Assembly: GCF_006345805.1 (NCBI RefSeq)
Contig: NC_043006.1
Coordinates: 92,566,001-92,630,000 of the forward strand
DNA from: Octopus sinensis
Lineage: Eukaryota
Reading direction: 5' to 3'
DNA length: 64,000 nt
Both the position numbers and the translations under genes were made by a program. The notes below the pieces were generated by a model, which was given only the letters and a program-made list of their open reading frames with translations, was not told the origin of the DNA and ran no database searches. How positions within the stretch are numbered: position 1 is the stretch's first letter; the number at the start of each line of letters is the position of its first letter. Shown here piece after piece: positions 1-13,228 of this stretch.

Positions 1-897
1 CACACACACACACACACACATATGTATAGGTAAGTAGAGTTAGCGGTTGGAGTAACAGTCTAAGGGATAAGAATACCCGTTATAACTACCGGTGTAAATT
101 AACTATGTTAACCCTGGGCATGGGTATGCACATCGGATACAGTAATAACAGAATAAATGAGAGTTTATCAGGAATCAAATTTAAAATGAGATGAAAATGG
201 AGAAAACTTTTAATTAACAAACAAATTGACAACGATCGGTTAAATATTTTTTAATTCAAACCCTGAACATTGCTTACAACCGTTTCTGCTGCCAATGTCA
301 GTCGGTGCCGCCAAAGAAAATTATGAGAATAATATTCGTCATTTTTATAGCATCTAATACATTGATCTTCATCAGAGTGAATACAAATACATAAAATAAG
401 AGAAGAGGGAAGAGGAAAGAACAGGGCCTCGAGATGAGTAAAGAAGACTTAATAAATTAGAATCATACCATTTTGCTGTGTAAATCGTGGAGTCGATGAG
501 CAAATGAAGAAACTAGCAAATAAACTAGAAACATAATTGGTGGGTTCATCTTTCTTTATGGGTACCAATGTGCGTAAATAATAAGAAAATAAATCTAGCA
601 CTTAAGTATAAGAGGGTTCGTCACAAAGTCTAGAAAACGAATTATAATTTCAGAAAATAGAGTTAATGAATATTTAGCAAAAAACTAAAGTTGTTATAAT
701 AGTAAAGTTGTGACAAAAGATAAATAGATAGATAGGTCTGGCAATGAACTTATATCTATGCAATTATTCATATTGAAACAATACGTATATCGTTTGTAGT
801 TCTTGTGTTTTCCATGATGTGTTTGAAATATGATTCCCAGTAAATTGTTCTGACTATGTTAAATAATTTTCTTGTCTTTCATGGATAATGTAAAGCA

Positions 898-955
898 GTG
901 GTTCCAAACTGTGGTCCACAAATGTAGTACTGGGGATCCGTGAACTAATTTCAAA
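898..955 (+). mobile_element. Left end of a hAT-like MITE (partial)
   Basis: Begins CAGTGGTTCCAAACTGTGGTCC, resembling the CAGTGGTTC(C/T)CAA terminus of Charlie/hAT MITEs. No right end was found. Confidence 0.35.
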
Positions 956-964
956 ATTCTTTAT

Positions 965-1068
965 ATCTATCCACCTATCCATCCATCCATCCATCCATCC
1001 ATCCCTCCATCCATCCATCCATCCATCCATCCATCCATCCATCCATTCATCCATCCATCCATCCATCC

Positions 1069-1151
<83 letters not shown>

Positions 1152-1198
1152 AATCTATCTATCTATCTATCTATCTATCTATTTATCTATCTATCTAT
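965..1198. repeat. Compound (ATCC)n-(ATCT)n microsatellite
   Basis: Tandem tetranucleotides read directly; they produce the spurious MDGW-repeat ORF. Confidence 0.95.
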
Positions 1199-1577
1199 AT
1201 ATGTATGTTTGTGCGTGTGTGTGTGTGTGTATGTATATATAAATCTTTTTCATAGTTCCTTAGAAACTTTGCCGATAATAAGAATATACATTTGATACTT
1301 ATTCCATCTTTCATCTCTACCACTTTTTAATTTATGTGTGTGTAAGCATACATTAGAGGAAAAGGACATCAAAAACCAAAGCAGTAACATAATCTCAAGT
1401 CATTTATAATAATTTCATTGGAGTAAGATTACAGCTGTTTCTGGGATATTCGAAGTGGTAGGCTAGCATGTCTGTACACTTGATATTTTCTCATCGGAGA
1501 CAAAGAGAGTATGTATTACACTCCTAGACAGGAAAATTCACAGTTTATAAGGAATAAAATAGAAGAATAACGAGTCA

Positions 1578-2198
1578 ATTCAGACAGGATAATAAAAGTT
1601 CACAGTTCATCATTTTCTAGAGGTTATGGAGGTTGGTCATACTTCCGTGAAGGTATAGGTCCTTATGCTTAATACCAGCTAAATCCGGGCAGAATGATGC
1701 GTTCATATTGAAGCTGTTCGCTAGAGTGCAAATGCTCCGCGTGGGTAAGATAGACATCAAGATAGACAGAAGTGGGTTGAATGAATGGATTGAAGAGAGA
1801 GGAGAAAGAGAAAATATGGAGAGAGAGAGAAAGGGGACAGGAAAAGGATTGCTGCGAGAAAGAATGAATGAGATGGAAAGTAAAGTAAAATAAAAATAAC
1901 AAATAACAACAAAAAAATAAGGAATAAAATATACAGAGAAAAGGTGCCAGTATTCTTCTTCTTTAAGTGTCGGTTCGGTGTGAGAGGTCAGGTGTTAAAG
2001 GCGTTGGTAAAATGGAGGAGGAAGGTATTCATGTCTATTGATTGGTTTTGTGTGGTTAGTAGATATAAGAATTCAAACAGGATAATAAGAGTTCACAGCT
2101 CATCTTTTCCCAGAGGGTATAAAGGTTGGTCCGTACTTCCGCGAAGGTATATGTCCTTATGCTTAATCCCAGGCAAATCCAGGTAGTATTTTAGCTAG
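1578..2198 (+). mobile_element. Two related Helitron-like 3' termini (about 115-bp imperfect direct repeat)
   Basis: 1578-1692 and 2071-2185 are related (ATTCAxACAGGATAATAA...CTTATGCTTAAT). The second copy ends in a degenerate hairpin CCCAGGCAAATCCAGG, then TAGTATTTTAG and CTAG (2195-2198). Confidence 0.5.
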
Positions 2199-4180
2199 AA
2201 ATGGCTAAAAATAGATGCCTAGCTTAAGTGGGGTTTATGTAGGATAAAACTACAATTAAAGGGGAAAAAATATACAAATTATAGAATTGAAATTTAAAGT
2301 TTAAATGTCAAAATTTAAATGAAAAATTTGGAATTTAAAAGTCAAAGATTTAAGGAATAAAGCTAGTTAGCTTCTAAAGTACTTAAGTTGACAGAGAAGA
2401 GAAGGAAAGGGGAAAAAAAAGAAAGGAAAAATGGGACCCTCTCTGCTCTCCCTGAAATGTTATTAAACATAATTTTTTTAACAGAGTTCTTATGAGATTA
2501 AACTACAACACAAACAATGGCAATAGCCTTCAACCAAGACAGATGTGATTCCTAAGTCTTTTGAAGACAAGCATTTGTAAATTATTAGTGGTGGTCAATG
2601 TTAGAAATTTTCCGATAAAGCAATGATTGCATATTAAAGCGACAGAGCCATTTCGATTTCAAATAGTTTTAGTGAATAGTAATGTTAACCGGAATTAATA
2701 GTTTGGTTATAATGTTTTATGTTGTATTCATCAAATTATCAGATTTCAAAAATATCGAAGCTATTTTATAAAATCGATACAACATTCCTATTATCAATAA
2801 ATCACGTTTTGTGTCGGTTACAACTGTCAAAAGTATTGTCAGAAATGTATCACCTGATTTAGCATAATGTACTGACATGAAGTTGGATGTGTGAAGCACA
2901 ACAATAGAGGACATTAACTTCAGTAAGATATATATATATATATATATGTTCATTTAAGGATTCGCCATGCTAGATCTTCTAAAACAATTAAAAGTATTCA
3001 ATTTTTGTTAGTTACTTTGGTTCATATGTAAAAGCCGTACCCAACAACCAAACCACATTTGCACTTTATATCACTTAAACGTGGGTATGTTTCGGTCAAA
3101 ACTGACAGAAGCTATAACTAAATAACAGTATCTGATATAATATTCGAAGCCAGGCTTTGTGGAACCATGCCCCACTCAGATATGGAGTCGCTATTGACTG
3201 ATATGTATCAAGATATATGTGGCTTATCTGACATCCCATGAAATCCAGATGTTGCTCAAATGACTTCATTGATTTATTTTTACGACCATCGAATATACAG
3301 CATGATCATCTGAGGCAAAGTAATTGTTTTGCATTGAGATTGTTTTGTGAGGCTCAATTGTGTAACATCATGCTTACAATTGATTCAAGGCTGACGTATC
3401 GTGAGTATAGCTTGGGTTTTTAATCTTGGTTGAATTGTAAATTTGACGGTAAGGCCAATAGGCAGTATAACCGTCATGTTTGGCAAATGCTATAGGGCTT
3501 ATAGGACTTCCAATGTCTTAAGGCGACCATAATAATCGAGACCTGTAATACCATTTTACTATGAAGGAACATATTTCCCGTTATTTCCCAGTAAATAATA
3601 TATTGCACATAACTCTTAAAATAATCACAGAAAAATCAAGGGAGGATTTAGGTTATCTTATAACATCTCTATTTCCTGATTGAATTTACTCCATCACCAG
3701 TCAAACGATTCCAGGCGAGTCATCTTTGAGAGGCTTGAGCCCAGAACATAAAGAAAAGTAAATATGTAACAGAAAGCATGGTGTCCTTCAAACCATTGAT
3801 TGTACTCGTACACAACTCTCCGCACAGAGCACACACTCGGTACCTAACGTATTTGTCTGACATTTAGCGTTGAACACATCACGAATCAGAAATTTAGACC
3901 ATTTCCCTTTCATTACGACAAAATAATCGCATATTATTTTGCATGAATTATCCTACAAACACTCGAATCTACAAATGATACTATATCGATTTCAAATATA
4001 AATCAATGTAAGAAAATGAGGCAATGAATAGCGGTATCACAAGCGCAAATGACATTTGAAAACGAATTATTGCAATTATGTTATTAATAGTTATTAATAG
4101 TATCGCATAAATTTTCACAGTTGTAAAAGAATACACACACACACACACACACACATACACACACACACACGCACACACAG

Positions 4181-4240
<60 letters not shown>

Positions 4241-4514
4241 TGAGAGAGAGAGAGACAGAGAGAGAAAGAAAGAAAACGTGAAAGATAAAAAGGTTGTTAA
4301 AATGTAAAAAATTGAAATATAATTATAATTGCCTTTTCAATCGGCCATGAAATACGTTTTACAACGAAGGAGCTGGTCGTAGTGTTGGTGGAGGTGAATA
4401 ACATACTTTCTCGGATCTATGTCGCTGCAAATAACGTCATGGAAAAGACTAATCTTCAGTTGATTTCACAAGATTCTACGCAACAGACATTCTCAAATAT
4501 TTACACCGATACTT

Positions 4515-4593
4515 GTCATCATCACCATCACCATCATCGTCACAATCATCATCATCATTATCATCATCATCATCATCATCATCTTCATCATCA
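4515..4593. repeat. (CAT)n microsatellite
   Basis: Read directly; gives the poly-His pseudo-ORF. Confidence 0.9.
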
Positions 4594-5010
4594 GGTAGGG
4601 AGCTGGCAGAATCGTTACCACGCTGATACTAGGAACCCTCCTATATTAACATTATTTTCAATGGTATCTTTTTTCAATTGTTTCCATTTCTTGCCGAGAG
4701 TTTTCCTGACACCTAGGACAGAGAAACATACTATATTCGTTGGTAAGCCATTAAAACAAACACTTTAGATTGTTCATTTACAATCACGTGGTAGAGAAAA
4801 AGGGGAAGACAGGAAGAAAAGGAAAGAATTTAAGAAATAAAAAGTTAAATAAAGGGAGAAAACGGAAAGAAAATTCCCAGTGACAATGCTCTTCCCAGTC
4901 CGTGGGACGTACCAGTTAAGACAATTTTTTGCACTTTCTGTATGGATGGTAAGGCAAGGATCTTTCTTAAATAATTTTCAGTTCCTTTAATATCATTATT
5001 ATCATTATTG

Positions 5011-5222
5011 AAGGTGGCTAGCTGGCAATATCGTTCGCATTTTTGGATGAAATGCTTAGCGGTATTTCGTCTGTATTTGCATCTGAGTTCAAATTCCGCC
5101 GAGGCCGACGTTACCTTACATCCTTTCAGGGCCGATTAAATAAGTACCAGTTGAACACTGGGGTTGTAGTAATCGACTCATCCCCTCCACCAAAATGGCT
5201 GCCCTTGTGGCAATATATGAAA
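5011..5222 (+). mobile_element. tRNA-derived SINE
   Basis: Head AAGGTGGCTAGCTGGCA, B-box-like GAGTTCAAATTCC, and body TTTCAGGGCCGATTAAATAAGTACCAG...TAATCGACT. A related copy lies at 13046-13228. Confidence 0.75.
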
Positions 5223-5240
5223 CCATCATCATCATCATCA

Positions 5241-5285
<45 letters not shown>

Positions 5286-5351
5286 TATTATTATTATTAT
5301 TATTATTATTGTTGTTGTTGTTGTTGTTGTTGTTGTAGTTGTTGTTGTTGT
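5223..5351. repeat. Compound (CAT)n(TAT)n(TGT)n microsatellite
   Basis: Read directly. Confidence 0.95.
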
Positions 5352-5460
5352 TAATTTCCAAGGGCTTTGAAAAACACACCATGAATATTGGAGCTGCTGT
5401 CAGGCTCGAGGTGATCCAGAAGAAATCATTGTTGGGTGCAGCTCGCATTCTTACCAAGTA
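5352..5460 (+). mobile_element. 3' tip of a Dong/R4-type LINE
   Basis: Translates KGFEKHTMNIGAAVRLEVIQKKSLLGAARILTKY, matching the C-terminal LQKxxLLGTARIL motif also seen at 8249-8554. Flanked by TAT repeats. Confidence 0.7.
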
Positions 5461-6799
5461 TTATTATCATTTCGCTTTTCTATCAGATTTTTTTTCACAG
5501 TCTGTTTTGTACATTGATATAAACAACTTGAAATGTCTAATAACAAGCAAATCAGAAGAGAACGTGTTGCCTGGTCTCTTAGAAAGTTGTAGAAAATGGT
5601 TTAACATCATATCCTTGTTTCACTTTACTATCTCTTGGTTGGTTCAATCCAAAGTGCAAAGACATAGGCATTTTATAAAGACGAACTAATTATAAAACGC
5701 GTCATTTAATTCAAAAACCTTACGTTGATTCTAACAGAATTTCCGATTATTCTGTCTTGCCCCACAAAACCACAATAGTGTCTTAGGGGCGTTGTTATAA
5801 CATACGACGTGTTGGGCATTTTCAATCTGCCAGAGTTCAACCTTCTTTCGTTTAGAAAAGATGTGAGTTCTTACAGAGAGAGAGAGAGGGGGGGAACGTC
5901 AGTGAAGAGGAAGCCGCTTGATCAGGATAGGATGAATGACAGTTAAACTGGCCAGTGGTATAATATATTTGTATACCGAGAGAGACTTAGATAGACTGAA
6001 CAAGCACCTCGCCACAGTTCCAACTGGCTCTGAAAATGAAAGAGAGATAAGCTGAAGGAATAAACTTTTGTTGGTGCACCACCTGATGTTTGTAAAGCAG
6101 ACATCATCTAAACGTCTGATGTGTTCTCAGTTGAGGGAAGAAAACAACGCTGATGGAAGACTACATAGCTTGAATCAGACAGAATTAAGAATGAATGGAA
6201 ACGGTATCATTTGGATTTTTGCTGTTCTGTGCGCAACCCAGGAATTGTTATTGGTTTGATAGACATTAGCATCCGTCATGAAATAATTTGCTGATCCCTA
6301 TTCATAAGAACTCGAACCATTGTTAGTTCATCTGTGCGGTAGGCAAGCTTCAACTGAGGAGATACACAACGAGATCGAATCTCTCTTACGAATTGCAGTC
6401 TCATCGAATCGGTAATTAGCGTATGTTATGAAAACGTATCGTCTAAAGAGAGGAGATATTGTTCGATGATGAAAAGCAACAGTAAGCAGATATTCACGTT
6501 CGAATCTGACAGAATCAATAAATACTTCATTGTAAAATTATTATTTGGCCGAATAGCTACAATATTAGACGAAATACTTTGCTGTATTTATTTCGGCTCA
6601 TTTCCTTCATTTCAATTCCTGTCAGCGGTCAGGTTTATCTTTTAACCCTCCAAGGTCAATAAAATAAAATCACCAGTCAAATAATGGCTTAGATGTAACA
6701 TACCTCTCGTACTCCTAAACTATTTTACCTTTTGATAATTTTTGCAACATCATTATTACTTGTAGTAATAATAGCATTTTTGCTGTTGTTCTTATTATT

Positions 6800-6801
6800 T
6801 T

Positions 6802-6845
<44 letters not shown>

Positions 6846-6846
6846 T
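6800..6846. repeat. (TAG)n microsatellite
   Basis: Read directly. Confidence 0.9.
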
Positions 6847-8073
6847 GGACAACAATATTTGTTAGCAGTTTTAGTGGCCTCATTAATATCAAGAGCATTG
6901 AAAGCTTACACAATATTCTGTTTGGCGATTCTTGCTTTTGCTGTATATGTTTCATATGTTAGTTCAATCTCAATCAATAAACGCTTGTTAAGAACACGGT
7001 TTGTTTTGCTTTATTTCACGAAATATTTTACGAGAAAGCATTACCATTAAGATATTTCAACACTCTCAACTAACTGACATAATCCAATAGCTTCTGTATT
7101 AGATATAGCCCTTTATTGTCAATTGGAATTTACAAATCTTTCAAAAGCACGCAATAGAGTTATTGGCCACTTTAGATGTAAGTTATGAGGTCACCCTATG
7201 GAATTCCTTTCATTCAAAAGTTTAGTAGCGAGTATATTTATAAAATCCTTTTTATCCATGTAGAAATCTGTTCTATAATTGTACAATAAATCTTTTTGTT
7301 ATCAAGAATATAACACCTATAGGAATACTCATTGCTTTGGCAATAAAATTCAATATAAAATGAAACTCTTTTATTCTCATAGCTAGAATAAGTATGCGCG
7401 ATATTTTGTTTTGGGGGATATAAATTTGTCTTGTAAAAGATCATTGTAACGTCCAAATTTATTTCCAGAACGAAATAAGCTGTAACAATATATGGCTTAT
7501 ACTGCAGTGTTACGCAAATGATTCCAAGTGTGTGTGAGTGTTTTAACTTTACTTTATATGAAATGCTATATATTCACCCACTAACGGGATTGAACCCGCT
7601 GAATTGTGTCGAAACAATAATATTGATTTCTAACACATGTATGGAAGTGTAGAGCCACTTGTAACGAACCACTATAAGATTAGTACTTACTTTATCGATC
7701 TCAAAAGGGATGCATTATGAGAGTAGCCGAAATACAGCAAAGCGCGCAATTTGTCCGATGCAGTACTAATTCTGTCACACAACGCCATTATTATATCATG
7801 GCAGTTAACGGCGTAGAAAAACCTTATGTTCCATAAAATTCAGGCCCTGTTTCTGATTAGTTTAACTTACTCTCTTATTTTCATTGAACTTGGTGAGAAA
7901 TGTTACACTCCTCTTTTCTCTCTCAACTATGGTGGACCATTGCGACTATAAAATTTCCTACCAATGATTTTATTTCCCAACCTACCTACATATATAAATA
8001 CTTGCATACACAAATGCGTGTATTCACATCTATGAACGGTTGTAATTTAATAACACCAGCTATAGATACAAAG

Positions 8074-8151
<78 letters not shown>
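8074..8151. repeat. (ATT)n array at the 3' junction of the R4-type LINE
   Basis: Pure ATT repeat abutting the 3' UTR of the element; reads (AAT)n on the element strand. Confidence 0.95.
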
Positions 8152-8154
<3 letters not shown>

Positions 8155-8248
8155 TAGTTTTATTTTTATAGCGTGCATTCACTTCACTACCGAGTGCAGC
8201 TCTGTGTGCCTTGGGTATGTGCTGTGATTTGATGTGATGCTCTGATTG

Positions 8249-11200
8249 TTACTGTATTGAAAGAGTTCTGCGTAGGATGTGTGCAGTGCCCAATAGTGCA
8301 ATTTTTTGTATTTTATATATGTTTGTAAGTCCTGGTGTTTTTGTTATGTATTTGTCTGAATATTTTATTTTAATGGTGCCTAATGCATCTACTATGATAG
8401 GAATTGTTTCTGTTTTTAGATTCCACATTCGAGTTACCTCTATTTCCAGGTCTTTGTATTTTGAAAGTTTCTCCATTTCTTTTAGAGAATCGTTGTCATC
8501 TGCTGGTATTGATACATCAATTAGAATGCATTTTTTCTTCATGATCTCTGACAACTACATCTGGTCGGTTGGCCTTAATTTCTCTATCTGTGTGTATTGA
8601 CATATCCCAGAGTATGGTTGCTTTCTCGTTTTCTGTGACCTTTTCTGGTGTGTGCCTATACCATCTTTTTTCTGTTGTTATTCCATAATGTTGGCATAGC
8701 TTCCAGTGTATGTAGGTCTCAACTCTGTCGTGTCTGTGAATATATACCTTCTTAGCCAGGACTGGGCAGCCAGAGATAATATGATTTATTGTTTCTTGTC
8801 CATCTCCACATATTCTGCAGTTACTTGTTATATTTCTTTACATTACATGTTTTTGGTAATTTCTGGTGGGGAGGCTTTGGTCTTGTGCTGCAATTAAAAA
8901 TACCTCTGTCTCTGCTGTGAGTCCTGAGCTTCTCAACCATTGCTGGGATTTTTTCTTTGTCTATTTCTTTTGCATTTAGTTTAGTCCAGTATTTGCCATG
9001 GAGGAGCTTTTCTTGCCATCGTTTTTATCATGGTTCGTTGCTGTTCTAGTTTTAGTTTGGATTTCATGTGTTTTTTTAGCTTTTGTTGTTTCTTCATCTT
9101 CTTTTTCTTCTTCTTCTTCTTCTTCTTCTTCTTCTTCTTCTTCTTCTTCTTCTTCTTCTTCTTCTTCTTCTTCTTCTTCTTCTTCTTCTTCTTCTTCTTC
9201 TTCTTCTTCTTCTTCTTCTTCTTCTTCTTCATATTTGTTAGATGGTATGATGTCTTGTTTGTATTTGTCAGCTTCCTTAAATACTGAGAACAATTTTTTG
9301 TTTTGCTCGTGTTTTGCCGCTATTTGTATCAGTTATCCTTACTTTTGAAGTAGGTATTTTTGCAGTCCTATGGTGGTCATTTTATAATAGTCTTTATAAT
9401 GGTCTTGTGCTGCAATTAAAAATCCTTCTGTCTCTGCTTTGAGTCCTGAGCTTCTCAACCATTGCCCGGATTTTTCTTTGTCTATTTCTTTTGCATTTAG
9501 TTTAGTCCAGTATTTACCGTGAAGGGGCTTTTCTTGCTATCGTTTTATCATGGCTCGTTGCCGTTCTAGTTTTAGTTTGGATTTCATTTGTTTTATAGCT
9601 TTTGTTGTTTCTTCATCTTCTTCTTCTTCATATTTGTTAGGTGGTATGATTTCTTGTTTGTATTTGTCAGCTTCCTTAAATACTGAGAGCAGTTTTTTTT
9701 TGTTTTGCTCATGTTTTGCCGCTATTTGTATCAGTTTTCCATCCTTCTGAAGTAGATATTTTTGCAGTCCTATGGTGGTTATTTTATAGTAGTTTTCCAG
9801 CTGTATAAGGCCTCTACCACCTTCTATACGTTGTATATATAGCCTTTCTATGTCAGATTTTGGGTGATGCATCCTAGATCCTGTCATTATTTTTCTTGTT
9901 TTCCTATCTATTTTGGCCAGTTCATTTAGTGTCCAGTTAAGGATATTGTAGCTGTAACTTATAACTCGGACAGCTAAAGTGTTAATACCTATTATCTTGT
10001 TTTTAGCATTGAGCTCTGTTTTTAGTATTGATCTAACTCGTCTATAGTATTCTTCTTTATTTTCTCTTTCATTTATGTGTGTTGTGTCTTACCTAGTTCA
10101 TGGATTCCTAAATATTTGTAAGTCTGGCTTTGGTCTAATTCTCTTATTTCATTGGCTTTATCTAGTGCGACGTTGCTACTTTTAACTAGTTTTCCTCTTT
10201 TCAGGGTTGTTACTTTGGCGCATTTTTCTAATCCAAATTTCATATCTATTTCTTTGGTAAATCCATGAACTGTCTTTAGTAGTGTTTCCAGCTGTTTGTC
10301 ATTTGTAGTTTAGGTCATCTATATATAAAAGGTGGCTGATCGTTTTGCCGTAACATTTATATCCGTATCCAGTTCTATTTAGCATAACAGATAGAGGTGA
10401 CAGTGCCAAGCAGAAAAGGAGTGGAGAGAGCGTGTCTCCGTGGAATATTCCTCTTCTAATGGGGATGGTTTGGTTTTCACGAGTCCCTCTTTTGTTTGTA
10501 GCTGTAGCACTGTCTGTCATTTATTCATAGAGTGTCCAATGCATTTTATAATTGTTGGTGTTACTTGTTAATGGCTAGTGTTTCGACGATCCATGTGTGG
10601 GGAAGGCTATCAACCGCCTTTCAGTAGTCGATCCAGGCCATACTGAGGCCTTTCTTCTTTCTGTGGCTGTCTTCAGTTATGGATTTATTGATCAATAGTT
10701 GATCTTTACAGCCATATGAGCCTTTGCGGCATCCTTTCTGCTCTTCTGGAAACAGGTTGTTTTCGTCCCGGTGCTTGTTCAATCGTTGTGATATTACTGT
10801 AGTAAATGATTTGTACATTATAGGGAGACAGGTTATAAGTCTGTAGTTTTCTGGTTTTGCTGTCTCATTGGATTTGGGAATTAAGATGATTTTTTCCCTT
10901 TCATGAGCCATTCAGGCATTGTCTCTGGCTCTGCCAGTATGTTGTTAAAGTTTTCAGCCAGCTTTTTGTGCATTCCTGTTAGATATTTCAACCAGAAGTT
11001 GGGGATCTTGTCATGCCCAGGTGCCTTCCAGTTCTTTAGTCTTTGCAGTGCCGGGGTGACCTCTTTAGTTGTTATGGGGGTCCAAAGTTGCTCAGATCCT
11101 AAATTTGTTGTTTTAATACTCCTTTTCTGTGGTTGTTCATTCGCCGACCATATTTCTTTGCAGAATTCTTTCACTTCTTCTGCCGTTGGTGCTTCAGTGA

Positions 11201-12390
11201 TGTCTATTTAATTTTTGCCAAGTTCTTGGTAGAACTTTTTGGCGTTGGAGTTGAACTGTTTGTTTTGTTCAAAGAAACGTTGGCGTTTCTTGTACCGGCG
11301 GATCCTTTGTGCTTTGGCAAGGATATCTTGCTTTAGCTTTTCTTTTATCTCGGGTATCTCTTTTTATCTCTTTTTCTGCGATGTTGTATTTGCAGAGTAT
11401 TTTTGTTTTCTTTTTGTTGCTTAGTAGCGTTGATTGTCTACTGATTTCGTTAAGAATCGACAGATCTTTTCTCATTTCTTTATTTTTTTAATGTTATTTA
11501 TCCACGGGATTTGTTTGGGTGGTAGTACTCCTGTTTGGATGGGTTTGAGGGAGTATCCAGCTTCTTTTGTGGCTGCAGTGGCTGCTGCATATACTAAGTC
11601 ATTTAGCTCAGTGATATTGCTATTTGTTTCAGTGGCTATTAGTTCCGTGGCGGCTAGGTTTATGTTATTTATAATTGATGTTGCTTTTGTGTCTATTTTG
11701 ATTTTTGGGATGTATGGTCGGTGGTCCATTTTGAAATCTGTGGTTTTCAGTTTTTTGATTATTCTACTTTTTATTGTATCATAATCATTAGGCTCCCCTT
11801 CGTTGTTTCCAGGTTTTAGATTTGTGTCGCTTTCTTTCACATTTGTATGCTTGTCTGTCGTGTTTTGGCTTGCTGTTTGTCGTGCATTATTATGCATCCT
11901 TACGGTCTGGGTTTGTTGTTTTTTGTTTACATCGTTTTTGTTGGAAATGTTACGTTTGTCTTCGTGTTTTACTGTTTCAGTGTTTATATTATTTGGCATT
12001 GTTGTTTGGCTTCTATCTACATTTTCCTGATGTACGTTTTCTTTTATATGTTCTATTTCTATTTCTGATATTTTTTTGCTTTTAGAATATATCTTCGTAC
12101 GTTAGCTAGTTTATTAGGGTTCATTGCTGTATCCAGGTCTTTATTTATGTTATTTTTCTTCCATATGTATATGTTGTTGCGTTTTCGTTCTTTGGGTAGA
12201 GCACTGCTGTAAAGTAAGCGTGTAGGATTGAAATGTATTCCTCACGTGTCCATTTATGCCTTTTTGGTTTTATTTGCGGGACATAAGGAGCAACGTCCGG
12301 CCCATTATTTTGACGGTCGTCATTCTCGTAGGGTAACGGTCCGTTCATTTCTGTTGTCACATTGTTTTGCACGTGTAGTTTTTCGCACAT
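8249..12390 (-). pseudogene. Frameshifted R4-type RT/REL ORF
   Basis: Multiple frameshifts and stops, a deletion around 10300, and an internal tandem duplication at 8878-9792. Confidence 0.85.
9105..9230. repeat. (TTC)42 microsatellite inside the LINE
   Basis: 126 bp of pure TTC; poly-Glu in the element frame. Confidence 0.95.
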
Positions 12391-12832
12391 TTTATGTTGT
12401 AAGTATAAAGTACGTACTTCCCGATTGTTATTCTTGGGTTGAATAATACCGTTATTATTTAATTTATTCGTAGTTTTTTGTACATGGTGTTTGGGGCCGG
12501 AGATGATCTGGTGTTTATGGATCGTAATGTATCAAGCATGTTTACATGTTGTGCTGTGCGAGAGGTGGAGATGATATCCAGTTAAAATACATCATTTCGT
12601 TTGGAAAATAGTAATAAATTTGAATCAGTGTTACTACTTACTCGGATATAGTCCAATCCTTTGTCAGTTATTTTTTGGCTCCATGCGATGTCTTTGTTTC
12701 CGATGTTTGTGGATAGATTTCGGAGCACTGTTTTATCGCTCTCACATGTTAAACGTCCCCCGGAGTTCTCCTTATTAAACGTCCCCCGGTGTTCTCCTGT
12801 TAAACGTCCTCCAGTGTTCTCTGGGGGGTGTT

Positions 12833-12834
12833 TA

Positions 12835-12895
<61 letters not shown>

Positions 12896-12972
12896 CATTA
12901 TTATTATTATTATTATTATCATTATTACTAGCAGCAGTAGCAGTAGCAGTAGCAGAAGCAGCAGCAGCAGCG

Positions 12973-13003
<31 letters not shown>

Positions 13004-13004
13004 C

Positions 13005-13041
<37 letters not shown>

Positions 13042-13042
13042 T
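12833..13042. repeat. Compound (ATT)n(GCA)n(GTA)n microsatellite
   Basis: Read directly. Confidence 0.95.
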
Positions 13043-13045
13043 ATA

Positions 13046-13228
13046 AAGGCATCGGTCTGTCAGATTTCTTAGCACAGTGGCCAAAATATTCCGCAGCATC
13101 TCTTTCGGTTTTATGCTCTGATTTCCAATTCCATCGAGGTAGGTTTTGCCTTTCATCCTCTCGGCAGTCGATCAAGTAAATACCAGTTGAGCATTGGGGT
13201 CAAAATAATCTACTTGTTCACTGCCCCG
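13046..13228 (+). mobile_element. Degenerate tRNA-derived SINE (same family as 5011-5222)
   Basis: Shares TTTGCCTTTCATCC...GTCGAT...AATACCAGTTGAGCATTGGGGTC with that family. Confidence 0.6.

Larger units (their letters stand above)
8152..12836 (-). mobile_element. Near full-length, decayed Dong/R4-clade non-LTR retrotransposon (RT plus restriction-like endonuclease)
   Basis: Collinear minus-strand ORF pieces: N-terminal RHKWTREEY (12145-12390), WKAPGHDKIPNFWLK (10881-11174), ENYRLITCL...EEQKGC...MAWIDY (10621-10911), RGIFHGDTLSPLLF...HLLYIDD (10299-10520), GGRGLIQLE (9537-9887) and LIDVSIP...KLSKYKDL...LLGTAHILRR (8249-8554). The 5' boundary is inferred from the ATT array starting near 12836. 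Confidence 0.88.

Noticed and set aside
2960-3950. Possible very old LINE remnant on the minus strand (KDDSPGIV, QKLNTFNCFRR)
   Set aside because: The motifs are too eroded and interrupted by stops to support a call.
12749-12821. Repeat units considered as a CRISPR-like array
   Set aside because: The units are directly tandem without spacers, and the context is eukaryotic with no cas genes.
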